Assembly (NCBI GenBank): GCA_000002435.2
Contig: CM018789.1
Strand: one strand, 5' to 3'
DNA: 64,000 nucleotides
Source of the DNA: Giardia intestinalis
Lineage: Eukaryota
Each line of letters opens with the position of its first letter. Position 1 is the first letter of the stretch. The position numbers were made by a program, and so were the translations under genes. This document shows positions 18,300-28,900 of this stretch, one piece after another. The notes beneath the pieces are model-generated. The model worked only from the letters and a program-made list of their open reading frames with translations, ran no database searches and was not told the DNA's origin.

Positions 18300-21200
18300 C
18301 TAAGATCTCCCAGCCACGGAATCCATCCTTTCTGCTACACGTGCAATAGAAAGAAAGACCTCCTCAAGAGTTGTCTGACGAATAGACCATTCGCGGATGA
18401 ACGCCGACCCCTCTATTTTCTGTAGGAATGTGCACATGGCCTGGCTGTCGCTGGTCTTGGGAACAGCAAGCGTGAGGTGCCCTCCTGCTTTTCCTACCAA
18501 AACAGCCTGTGGATAATATGTATTGATCAACTCGTCGCGAACACGCAAAACATCGCCCTCGTCCACATCCATGTCTAGCCGATAACCAGTGCCATATTTC
18601 TTTTTCAGATGAGACGAATTGCTTGAACAGCGCAGTACTCCCTTGGCTATTATTCCTATCCTATCTGAGAGGACATCTGTCTCCTCCATGCAATGGGATG
18701 TTAGTATAATTAGGCGATTCAACTTATACTTTTGAATCGCATCCCATACCTTACGGCGCGAAATAGGATCCAGCCCAGACGTCGGCTCGTCCATGAATAT
18801 GACACGAGGGTTTCCTACGCAGGCCAGGGCTATTGTGAGGCGGCGCTTCATACCACCAGAGAGGCTTCTCGACGGAAAATTGGCACTTTCCTGAAGGCTC
18901 ACATCAATAAGACGCTCAAATATCAACTCCTTTTCGCCAGGTTTCCATTTCTTATGATTCTTCTTCTTAGTTTCTAAAGCAACAGGCTTTCCCCGCTCCA
19001 AGGAGCTGACAAGCCCTGCTTTGGAGACAATCTCCCGTGCTCTTTGAAGTTCCTCCAGGTCCTCAGCATAATTGACCCCTCGCATATTGCAAAAGAACTT
19101 TATGTGCTCTGCAGGAGTTAGGTCCGGCCACAGAATGTCAAACTGAGGCGCATACCCAATGAGCTGGGACACCTTCTGACGCTGGTGCACAATGCTGTAC
19201 CCCTCTATGGTGACGTATCCGGAGGTTGGCTTGAGGGTTCCCGTCAGGACCGAGAGAGTCGTCGACTTGCCAGCGCCGTTCGGACCCAGGAGCCCATATA
19301 TTGTGTTGCGTGGAATGCTGAGACTCAGGTTTTTCACTGCATGCTTAGCCGGAAGCCACTTAATACCGCAGAACTTCGAATATGTGACATTGAGATCATA
19401 GATCAGAATCGAGGAGGTGCGGACCTTATTGTACTCAGCCGTTCCCGGAGGAGAAAGCACATACTTATACTGCTTGAGCACGTCCTTATCCCACCCCTCC
19501 AAGGGCTGAGGGCGGCGGTACCCCGGCTTATGCGAGTCTGGAGGGGGAGGCGTTCTGATGAAGCCCCAGAAGTTTAAAGTGAAAGGTGCCCAGAGATGCA
19601 TGCTCGCACCATGTGCAGCCGGGAGAATCAGGTCAATGTACGCTGCCAGGAAGCACTGGGCCACACAGATCGCCAGCTGCATCAGAATTGCAAACAGGAC
19701 AGTATGGCCGCAATCGTATGCCTCCGGACCGCAGTAGAAGCCTCCTGTTTCGGCAACAACCTTATCCATCTGAACCGATGCTGTGCTAGCAGAGACGCAC
19801 GCTCCTGTGAACTTTGCAACGTCTCTCAAGGTAAACTTCAGAGGTACAGATGGCATGTTATTTAGGGCAAACGGAACAGTTTTGAGCGAGATAAGAAACA
19901 TGGCTTGAAAGGCATGCGTAGGGAAGAACAGCCAGAACCCCGAGAACCCGCCGTTTTCGGGGTACATCACCCGGTGCGTGCTTGTCATAAGACCCAGCCC
20001 AGCTAATACTATCACCATCAAAAACGCAGTAAAACCCACAGCCTGGGCATGGTGCAGGAGGGACGCCATAACAAACGAAAAGCTAACGGCACCGAAATAA
20101 AGCAGCCAGATGATTACAAAGTTTATGATCCACGGACTGTTGATCCAATATGTGGCCTTGCTTAGCAAACCTGCAACGTTGACTAAGACAGACAGGAGGG
20201 CGGACAGGGCGACACCAATAACAATGTTACTTAGCCAATAGGCGGAGTCAAGCATTCCAATGGTATGGAGAGACTGGCGGAGTTTCGTCTCCTTCTCCGC
20301 AACCAACTGGTACATAAACACATAAAAGAGAACAACTGTAGAGGTCCCCAAAATCGGTGCTGCTAGGGTTGAGATTTTATTTGAGAAGTCGTCGTCTGTG
20401 TAGTATTCAAGATCCGGAAGCCACTGTATGGACATGTCGTTATCGTATCTTACCCGCCCATTCTTGATTGCAGTGGCGGCATACTTTAAATCATCGGATG
20501 TAAAGCCTTCTATTTTCGAGATAAAGATATTCTCCAAAAGATAGCGTGTAATTGCATGTTCCGTAAGACGCTGTGCACGATACGGATCAAAATACGAAGG
20601 ATCTAGGGGGTCGGCATAGACCTTCTTGAAATAGTCCGAGACACGCCACACGTAAAACAGTGAGATATTGTCTACTTTTGGATTCCGCAGCTCAAAGGTG
20701 AACGAGGCGTGATATTTGTCTGGCTCTGCGCTCACGTTTAAAGCACATGCAAGTTCGTTTTCAAATCCAATGACCTGATCGTCCAGCAAAGGAGGATCAA
20801 ATGCCTCTTTTAGATACTTTACAAAGGCAGCCATGGTAGGGTCTGCCAGAGGGTAGTAGGCCAGTCTCTTTGTCATATCGAATTGCCCTATGTCCACTGG
20901 ATCATGCCATACAGTGGGCACCTTAACCTGATAGGAGGGTCCGGTAATGATAAAGACCGAGAGGGGCGGAATCAAAAGGAGGAGCGCCAAGAGGATTGGG
21001 TGTCTGATAAGTACGAGGATATTCTTGATGAGAAGGACCTTGATCTGCCGCGAAAAGAGCGTCCGCCAATTGTCCACCCTAATTTGGTTCAGCACACCTT
21101 CGTCGCTGAGTTCTACGGCTGAGGACGCGGCATCCTTATGGGGCTTTGGCCCACGCTTACGTCTAGAGAAGGAAACTCGAGGCTTCTTTATCGGCAAAAT

Positions 21201-21497
21201 AACCGCGCCATCTGGTTGCAAGCTAGACGAGCCAGCAGGGACAGTCTTGACGTGTGACTCGACGGGCCCCATCCCCATGTCATCAACTCCGAAATAGGCG
21301 CTTGAGTCATGCAGCTCACGCACATCCTTGTGGACACTACTAGCCGCAAAGCTCCCGTTTCCGATGACTTCACTGAAAACCTTGGATGCCGAACTAAAGG
21401 ATTTGTTTTGGTCTGAGTAAAGCCCGCAAGAGCCAGAATGGCCGTCGTGCCGAAATAGGTCTTGACCCGGCAACGGGTCAAACAAAGTTGTCTTCAT
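18300..21497 (-). CDS. ABC transporter, ABCA-like half transporter (TMD followed by a single NBD) with a long N-terminal extension
   Basis: Walker A GPNGAGKST, ABC signature LSGGMKRRL, Walker B VIFMDEPTSGLD. Multiple TM helices precede the NBD. ATG confirmed. Confidence 0.85.
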   Translation of the reverse strand: MKTTLFDPLPGQDLFRHDGHSGSCGLYSDQNKSFSSASKVFSEVIGNGSFAASSVHKDVRELHDSSAYFGVDDMGMGPVESHVKTVPAGSSSLQPDGAVILPIKKPRVSFSRRKRGPKPHKDAASSAVELSDEGVLNQIRVDNWRTLFSRQIKVLLIKNILVLIRHPILLALLLLIPPLSVFIITGPSYQVKVPTVWHDPVDIGQFDMTKRLAYYPLADPTMAAFVKYLKEAFDPPLLDDQVIGFENELACALNVSAEPDKYHASFTFELRNPKVDNISLFYVWRVSDYFKKVYADPLDPSYFDPYRAQRLTEHAITRYLLENIFISKIEGFTSDDLKYAATAIKNGRVRYDNDMSIQWLPDLEYYTDDDFSNKISTLAAPILGTSTVVLFYVFMYQLVAEKETKLRQSLHTIGMLDSAYWLSNIVIGVALSALLSVLVNVAGLLSKATYWINSPWIINFVIIWLLYFGAVSFSFVMASLLHHAQAVGFTAFLMVIVLAGLGLMTSTHRVMYPENGGFSGFWLFFPTHAFQAMFLISLKTVPFALNNMPSVPLKFTLRDVAKFTGACVSASTASVQMDKVVAETGGFYCGPEAYDCGHTVLFAILMQLAICVAQCFLAAYIDLILPAAHGASMHLWAPFTLNFWGFIRTPPPPDSHKPGYRRPQPLEGWDKDVLKQYKYVLSPPGTAEYNKVRTSSILIYDLNVTYSKFCGIKWLPAKHAVKNLSLSIPRNTIYGLLGPNGAGKSTTLSVLTGTLKPTSGYVTIEGYSIVHQRQKVSQLIGYAPQFDILWPDLTPAEHIKFFCNMRGVNYAEDLEELQRAREIVSKAGLVSSLERGKPVALETKKKNHKKWKPGEKELIFERLIDVSLQESANFPSRSLSGGMKRRLTIALACVGNPRVIFMDEPTSGLDPISRRKVWDAIQKYKLNRLIILTSHCMEETDVLSDRIGIIAKGVLRCSSNSSHLKKKYGTGYRLDMDVDEGDVLRVRDELINTYYPQAVLVGKAGGHLTLAVPKTSDSQAMCTFLQKIEGSAFIREWSIRQTTLEEVFLSIARVAERMDSVAGRS

Positions 21498-21579
21498 TCT
21501 ACAATTTTAAATCCCAACCGTGCAATGATGACTTGTAATTGTCAAATTTTGAAAGTAAAGGGCATCAAAATTCGTCTGC

Positions 21580-24500
21580 ATGTCAGAGTTTGAACAGCTA
21601 TACGAGAAGATACACGTCAAGCCGCCGTTCAATGAAGAAAAGGTGGTCCCGGTAGTGCACAGGGAATCCGGCCGCATATGCGCACACATGCGTATCCCAT
21701 TATCGACCCTGACAGACTCTTCTCGAAGCCTTGTAGATAAGGAGATAATGATAATGGCCAGACTCACACACCCCGCCGTTTCATCTTTCAAGCAAGTAAT
21801 CTACGCACAAGACGCCATTCACATTGTTATGGATTACCACGGCGTTGAGACCCTTCAGGATTTCATAGATCGCCACCGTGAACTCTCTAAGATAGTGGAC
21901 GAGGCTACGATATGGTCCATTGCGGCGCAACTCCTGGATTGTGTCGTCTATCTTCATAGTATGTTCAAAGCAAATGCTGATGGAGTTTCACGCGTCTATC
22001 ATCAACACATCTCTCCCGCTAACATCACTATAGATCCATTGCTAAATCTGCGGCTAATAGACTTTCAGGGGATACGGCTCGCCAGAGACTCCACATACAG
22101 ACAGACCCTAGCAAGGTATTCAGATGTGGCTCCAGAGATGCGGTCAGGGGCGCCAGGAACTGATCGATCAGATATTTGGGCCATAGGTGCAACCCTGTAT
22201 TATCTTGCTACCTTGACCCCATTCATGGACTCTGTGGCCTCCACTGGGTACGTTGTGGATACCAGCAACAGCCCTCACGCATTTCAGCTCAATAATTATT
22301 CATCAGAACTGGTGAAATTTATTACCCTGCTCTGTGCAGATTCTCCAGCAGACCGGCCGTCTGCCAGTGACCTGATCCAGTATCCTGCAGTGAGGTCCGC
22401 ACTACAAGACGTTGAAGCGCAAAGACGCCTGGCACAGACACCAGAAAAAGACCCTTACCTTCGTCAGGCGTATGTTGCTTCTAACGTTAAAACGGTCTTA
22501 ATGCAAGCGGCCGAGTTCAATGACCCTGTGCGATGTATTCATAGGATTAATTATGAGGCTCGCACAAAACTGGCAGAGACAAACGAAACCGCCCTTCAGC
22601 TAGCTCTGAATGCTGGGAACTTACAACTTGCGCACCTCTTGACGCCCCTGGAGGGGTACCAATTACCCCTGACCCACGAGATGCTAGTTCGCACCCCGAG
22701 AAAGACGGAGCTTATGCTTGCAGCAGAGAGTGGAAACATAATTAAGGCCTGGCATTTTCTTAACGCACAAGCCAACATTTTGGATGTCAATGGAAAGACA
22801 GCACTTATGTATGCAGCAGAATGGGGGTACATTTCAATTGTCAGGCTCCTCATCCTTAAGGAATCCCGTCTTTCAATGCGCGACTGTGGTTCAACGGCCT
22901 TAATGCTTGCCACACGCAACGGACATAGTCTTGTAGCTAGGATTCTCGCTGATAGAGAGTCGCGGCTTGTCAACAAGCAGGGGATGTCTGCCCTCATATT
23001 TGCGGTGTATCGTGGAGATGTTCCACTAGTGCAAACTCTGGTAGACAAGGAAAGTCGGATTACCGACCGCAACGGAGACACCGCTTTGCTGCATGCAGTG
23101 CGGCTATTGACTGTGGACGAAACTGTGTACGGTATCCCTCATGCAAGTCTTCTAGAGATCATCAAGCTCTTAGCTCCTCGCGAAGCTCGGTTCATCAGCA
23201 CTAGAGACAAACGGAGTGCTCTTATGATTGCAGCAGAGCAGAATTGTTACGAAGCTGTGTCCATTCTTGCAGAATATGAAACGCATCTAAGAACATCTAA
23301 AGGGTGGACGGCTCTCATGCTTGCTGCTAAGTCAGGCGCTGTACAAGCGGCTCAGATACTCGCAGAAAAGGAAGCGGGAAGCGTAAGCTACAACAATACG
23401 TGTGCCTTTAAGATCGCTGCTCTAAACGGCCAGACAGAGATATGTAAAATCCTGTACAATCTGGAAGGCCCGCTCGTGGAAACTACCTTTGGTTTTTCAT
23501 TCATGAGCCTTGCTGCTACAATCAACAACTATCAGTACATAGAAATGTATAAAGAACACTTTCTCCAGCAACGTGACGCAGATGGGACAACGGCCTTGAT
23601 GCTCTCTGCCATAGGAAACCATATAGAGACAACTAAAATACTGCTGAATGATGAGGCTGGGCTCACGCGCAAGGACGGAGAGACCGCCCTCAGTCTCGCT
23701 CTGAAGGCAGGAAGCTTCGACACAGCGGCTCTTCTTCTTCGAGACGAGAGCGGCACAATTGAAGTGTCGAATATGGAATCAGGCAGGAAGACGGACCTAA
23801 TGCGGGCGGCCTCTTCTAATGACATCGTAAAGGTTTTCTACCTGAAGGACTCACAGGGCAGACTTACAGATTTGGTTGGCAAGACAGCACTTATGTATGC
23901 TGCCGAAGCCGGGCACCTCCCGGCAATCAAGATTCTAGCCCCTATAGAGGCAACAATGACAGTGCAACAGAATAACAAGTTTGTGGGGATGTGTGCCCTC
24001 TCGTTTGCTATCGACAAAAAGCACTTGCATGTTGTTAGGTACCTGTTAAAATACGAGAAGGATTGCGTCGATGGCTTCAAGCAAACAGCCCTAATGCGCG
24101 CAGCTCGTATAAATAATAGAGAAGCTGTCGAGATGCTTCTCCCTTACCTGGCCAAAAGGAGGAATGACATGCAATGGACGTCCTTGATGCTCGCTGTTTC
24201 TGAGAAGTGCGTCGATGCAGTCAGAATCCTAGTTCATAGCGAGGCCACCGAGCGCGATGACAAGGGAATGACGGCCTTGATGCGAGCAGTTCAGCTCAAC
24301 CACGTTGAAATTGCTGACATTCTAATTCCATATGAGGCCATGCTCACAAAGGATGACGGCACAACAGCCCTGATGATAGCGGCATCCAAGGGATATCTTG
24401 ACCTAGTGAAGCTTCTGCACTATAGAGAGGGCGGCCGTGTAACGCGGGATGGAACCACAGCCCTAATGCTTGCATCAGAGGTAGGGTGCACGGAGGCTGT

Positions 24501-25206
24501 CTCCTTGCTACTGGATACTGAAGCAGGACGGAAGTCCAACAAAGGGTGGACCGCGCTCATCATGGCGGCGCAAAATGGGCATGCAGACTGTGTGCGCGTG
24601 CTGAAAGCAAAAGAGGCTCGAGAGCGCGACTCAATGGGTTGGTCGGCCCTTATTTGGGCCTCTGCTAAAGGGCATCTCAAAGTCGTTATGGAGCTGCGGG
24701 ATTTAGAAGCAGGAGGAAAGCGTGCAACAGGTGGGACGGCTATGATGGCTGCTGCCGAGCGAGGCCACGTAGCAGTCGTCAAGGCCCTGATGGACTACGA
24801 AGCAGGGATGCAAGACAGCGACGGGAAAACGGCGACCATCTATGCTGCGATTAACGGGCACGCATCCATTGTTCGCCTTCTTGTAGAAAAGGAGGCTAAC
24901 CTTTGCGATACACTAAAGCAGACGGCGCTTATGTTTGCTGTTCAAAACAAGCATGCTGATTGCATTCGCTTGCTTATAGACTTTGAGCAGAACAGTCGTG
25001 ACATATATGGGAAGGCTGCTGCAGACATGACCGACGATCCGGCAATAAAGAAGCTGTTTGAGTCCTCCCTCAGTGCATCAACAGCACTGTCTAGGTCGAC
25101 TACCTGTCAGCTAGGCTCCTCCCGAACGATCACCAGCGGTGCGTCCATTCTGGCAGTGGAGGCTGTTGAGGCTGCCAGCCACGAGAATAGGACGGTCCAA
25201 AGCTAA
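21580..25206 (+). CDS. NEK-family kinase-like protein with long ankyrin-repeat array; predicted pseudokinase
   Basis: Kinase-like N-terminus with HRD replaced by HQH (HQHISPANIT) and DFG replaced by DFQ, and no clear VAIK lysine. More than 20 ANK repeats (TALMxAAxxGH...). ATG confirmed. Confidence 0.8.
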   Translation: MSEFEQLYEKIHVKPPFNEEKVVPVVHRESGRICAHMRIPLSTLTDSSRSLVDKEIMIMARLTHPAVSSFKQVIYAQDAIHIVMDYHGVETLQDFIDRHRELSKIVDEATIWSIAAQLLDCVVYLHSMFKANADGVSRVYHQHISPANITIDPLLNLRLIDFQGIRLARDSTYRQTLARYSDVAPEMRSGAPGTDRSDIWAIGATLYYLATLTPFMDSVASTGYVVDTSNSPHAFQLNNYSSELVKFITLLCADSPADRPSASDLIQYPAVRSALQDVEAQRRLAQTPEKDPYLRQAYVASNVKTVLMQAAEFNDPVRCIHRINYEARTKLAETNETALQLALNAGNLQLAHLLTPLEGYQLPLTHEMLVRTPRKTELMLAAESGNIIKAWHFLNAQANILDVNGKTALMYAAEWGYISIVRLLILKESRLSMRDCGSTALMLATRNGHSLVARILADRESRLVNKQGMSALIFAVYRGDVPLVQTLVDKESRITDRNGDTALLHAVRLLTVDETVYGIPHASLLEIIKLLAPREARFISTRDKRSALMIAAEQNCYEAVSILAEYETHLRTSKGWTALMLAAKSGAVQAAQILAEKEAGSVSYNNTCAFKIAALNGQTEICKILYNLEGPLVETTFGFSFMSLAATINNYQYIEMYKEHFLQQRDADGTTALMLSAIGNHIETTKILLNDEAGLTRKDGETALSLALKAGSFDTAALLLRDESGTIEVSNMESGRKTDLMRAASSNDIVKVFYLKDSQGRLTDLVGKTALMYAAEAGHLPAIKILAPIEATMTVQQNNKFVGMCALSFAIDKKHLHVVRYLLKYEKDCVDGFKQTALMRAARINNREAVEMLLPYLAKRRNDMQWTSLMLAVSEKCVDAVRILVHSEATERDDKGMTALMRAVQLNHVEIADILIPYEAMLTKDDGTTALMIAASKGYLDLVKLLHYREGGRVTRDGTTALMLASEVGCTEAVSLLLDTEAGRKSNKGWTALIMAAQNGHADCVRVLKAKEARERDSMGWSALIWASAKGHLKVVMELRDLEAGGKRATGGTAMMAAAERGHVAVVKALMDYEAGMQDSDGKTATIYAAINGHASIVRLLVEKEANLCDTLKQTALMFAVQNKHADCIRLLIDFEQNSRDIYGKAAADMTDDPAIKKLFESSLSASTALSRSTTCQLGSSRTITSGASILAVEAVEAASHENRTVQS

Positions 25207-25253
25207 ACCTTGCACAGGAGTTTACCCAAATAGCAATCTTATCACAGGGCGAC

Positions 25254-25901
25254 TTAGGATGGCAAAGTAAGTGATTTATGTGTAAGCTTGCTCTTAAGCC
25301 AGTAGTAGAAGAACTCTGCATAGAGCACTATTTGAATAATGCCTGTCGCCCAATTGATCCAGCCCATTCTAACGCCCTTCACTGTTCTGTAAATCCAGTT
25401 GAGCAGATAGAAGAACCTGTATCCACCTAACGTTGCAACATAGTCTGCTGTAAAGCTTTCCACGTTGCGGCTCAGGTATAGCATAAAGAATTGCGGGACC
25501 ATTGCAAAGGCTTCCAGAACAAGGGACCCTGTCCAGAAGATCTCGAAGATTGTCCACGGTCGTGCAAATAGAACGCCTGCCACATATGACGGAATTATGA
25601 CGTAGAGTACAGGCGTTTTGTCCAGTGGAGCGTGATAGGTATCTCTCAATCGGAAAGCTATAAGATAAATGGTGTAGAAGGTAGTGATGAGGTAATATAC
25701 CTTAAAGATCCAGTTGTATATTGAGGCAAAATTCCAGAATATGTCGAGGTATCGTGTAGAGAAGACAAATGCATAGATGAGCTGTGTCTTAAGAGATATG
25801 CCTGCACATGACTGGGACTTGTGGAGCTTCCTGATGAGAAGCCCCCGCGATGTGGCATGGAGGATGTCACCTGTTATCCTAAAAACGTTCATCGATGACA
25901 T
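25254..25901 (-). CDS. ERD2: ER lumen protein-retaining receptor (KDEL receptor, ERD2)
   Basis: MNVFRITGDILH...SCAGISLKTQLIYAFVFSTRYLDIF...ILWTFSI-type seven-TM ERD2 sequence. Collinear with yeast and human KDELR over 215 aa. Confidence 0.9.
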   Translation of the reverse strand: MSSMNVFRITGDILHATSRGLLIRKLHKSQSCAGISLKTQLIYAFVFSTRYLDIFWNFASIYNWIFKVYYLITTFYTIYLIAFRLRDTYHAPLDKTPVLYVIIPSYVAGVLFARPWTIFEIFWTGSLVLEAFAMVPQFFMLYLSRNVESFTADYVATLGGYRFFYLLNWIYRTVKGVRMGWINWATGIIQIVLYAEFFYYWLKSKLTHKSLTLPS

Positions 25902-25987
25902 CGGAATCTTTTATTAATTGCCTCATTAATTGCCTCGCACCGGGGCTTTCTACAAGTCGCTAGAGTCTGCAGATCAAGGGCATCACC

Positions 25988-28900
25988 ATGGCCATTCCGC
26001 TTGGTCTCCTTAGCCCACTGGAGCAGAGCTGGCTGCGCTTCCTCCATACAGTCCACCTCAGTGACCCAACCTACTCTTTCCAAAAGATATTCACTCACCT
26101 CCCCAGCCGACACTTGATCTCTCTCCAGTCGAAGTTTGATAACGCTCCCGGCGGGTGTCTGTCCTGCAGCGAATTTGTTTCTGCTATTGCCTCTTCTCGC
26201 GAGATATTCGCCTCCATCAACGAGCGTGGAACTACCGGACTAAAACGTTTGGCACGTGTCCTAAACTCATACATAAGCATTTACAACGATGATGTTCATG
26301 GGGGAAACAAGTTTCTTGCAAGATTACGTGCCCTTATACTGATTTTTAATCATATCGATATAACGCGTGTTAATAAGCTTTCCTGGGCAGATTTTTCTAA
26401 TTTCCTTTCCAGCTTTGTCACTCCAGCGCTTGCGATATCAAATTCGCACGTTGCTACAATCTATAATACGTCAATCTACTCTAAATACTTACTTTCTACC
26501 AAAATCTTAGAGCCCATCTATTCGGTAAGCTACTCATCTGAAGCAGATGCATTCTTGGCCTGTTGCCGAGACAACAATGTGCACATTTTAGACAGCAGCA
26601 CGTTTTTGCGCCAAGCGATTCTGCAGGAGCACAAGGCCCTCCCTGTGGTTGCCACATCTTTTAAGCCTGCGATTGAAGGCTTTAATCACGCAAAAAACAG
26701 AAGCCAGCCTGGTAATGGGCGACGAGTAATAGGTGGATTTAATTATATCACCTCTGGAGCTGATCGGAAAATAATAATATGGAATGGAATAGCACATACT
26801 CCGGTCTCCATCCTTCCAACAGAAAACATTCACACTGCACTGGCAACCATAGATGAGCTCCACTATCGGAAGTCCTCTCTGTCGCCGGCGATCTTCAGTG
26901 GAGATGACCATGGAAACGTACACTTTTGGAAGCTTACTGAGCAGCATATTCCTCAGCAGGCCTCCCCCACACGTACCTATAAGAAATTCAACTCAGAAGA
27001 GCCCACCAATGTCTCGCTCATACGAGACATGTACTTTGCCAAAAGATCGAAGGATCCTTCTCAGCAGGTGCAACCAAAAGGTCACCTTAGAACGTCTTCC
27101 AAGCAGCCAAGACCAAGTGACTTCTTTCTAAAATCAGATGCACAGGCAGATGAAACTAAGAGAACGACTGATACGCTGGTTGCTGGTATTGATACTAGTG
27201 CTATCAATGATGAACTTGAAGATGACAGCCACGGTACTGCCGTGCAGTTTTACAATTCGATGACCAGCGCGAGGCGGAAGCCCAATTCGTCTGTTCTAAA
27301 AGAAGATGCAGAGAACTTAATACTCTTTTACGACATGAAGAATTTTAGTGGGCACGTGCCTTTTGCTGAAGGATATAATCTTTCGTTCTTCTTAGAGGAC
27401 AGCGACGACTGGAAGAAAGCCTCGGGAGAATATCAGCAGGACACCTACAAGTACGATGCTGTCCTGACTCGTCTTTTCAACGACACATTTGAAGCCAGCA
27501 ACATAGCAGCACCAACTCCTGAGTTCACAGAGCTTGCCAAGAGGATGGCAACGGCAATCCAAGCAAAAGATCCGCCTGATTCGGCAGCTAACAATGGCTT
27601 ATTCTCTGCTGCATCAAATATGAATGAACAGAAACTGACTCTAGCAGAATCAAATGTGTATACACATAATCAGAGACAGACAGACTCTAGTACCTCTAGT
27701 CAAGATAGCGATGAATCGACCGGCTTCAGCGACGATTCGGATGATGACTCTATTAAGCAAGTTCAGCGAAACAAGGCCCTGATACAAAAGCATATGGCGA
27801 CAAACCGGCGCAGACAGAAGTACATTCAAAACTCCTTTAAATCTATGGGGACACAAGAGCTAGCTCCAATACCTATCTGGACCATCAAAGCCCACAAGGA
27901 TTGGGTTACGTGCCTTTGCCTTGACACAGTGACAAGCAACAATTCCACGATTTTGGCATCTGGCGGTGCAGACGGACTGATAAATGTCTACGATATCAAT
28001 AGAGGGGTTGCAAACTCCAATCTGCATTTTCATAAAGACTCTATTACAGGCTTGGCATGGCTTCATCGTAGAGGTCTCCTAGCAGCGTGCTCGCACGACC
28101 GCAAGCTCACTCTGTGGAGTCTTGGGACCTCCAATACAAAACCCGTGTCAGTAATATCCACATCTGATGCCCCGTATGTTGGGGTTTTTTCTCACAAGCT
28201 CAAGAGTGAGATTGTCTCAGTGGATGCAACGGGGAAGGTGGCAGTCTATGATGTGCGGAGGATGGAGCCAATTCACACAATCGGAAATAATATGGCGAAG
28301 ACAGGAAGGATCGTCTCTGCAGCATATAACGGGTATACGGGCCTTATCTCAACCGTGGGGAGGACCATAAACTATGTCGTTCCTGTCAACGAGGATGACA
28401 CTCATCGCTGCTCGCTTTCACCAATTAATGTTTGGTGCTGTTCTCCCACTGCTCCTATCGTCTTGTTTGTTAGTGACGGTTCCCTTCAGTTTTGGGATAT
28501 GCTTTATGGGAAGCTATTGCGGTCTGTTAGCCACGTTTTTACGCCCTCGTTGTACTTTAGGTCTAAGGAAATAGAACGAAACACGCGGGAAATGCTTGAT
28601 CTCCCACATCTGGATGTCGAGGAAACTAGGTCTGCCATGAAGACCAGCGCCGCGTCCTACAATTTATTCAACTTCCTTCCTCCTATTGGCAAGGATGATG
28701 TAGGTAAGTCTGGGTCGTCCCGAGGGGCTCATAAGCAAAGCTTTTCATACAACTCTAACTATGATAAATTGAAGAAGACCAAAGAAGGGGCACTAGGATA
28801 TATCGATTCTCGCTTAAATAACAGTGATGAGGCTCAGATGTACCAGAAGAATGTATCGAATCTATTCAACACAGACTTCTTCGGAGAAATTAACCTGAAG

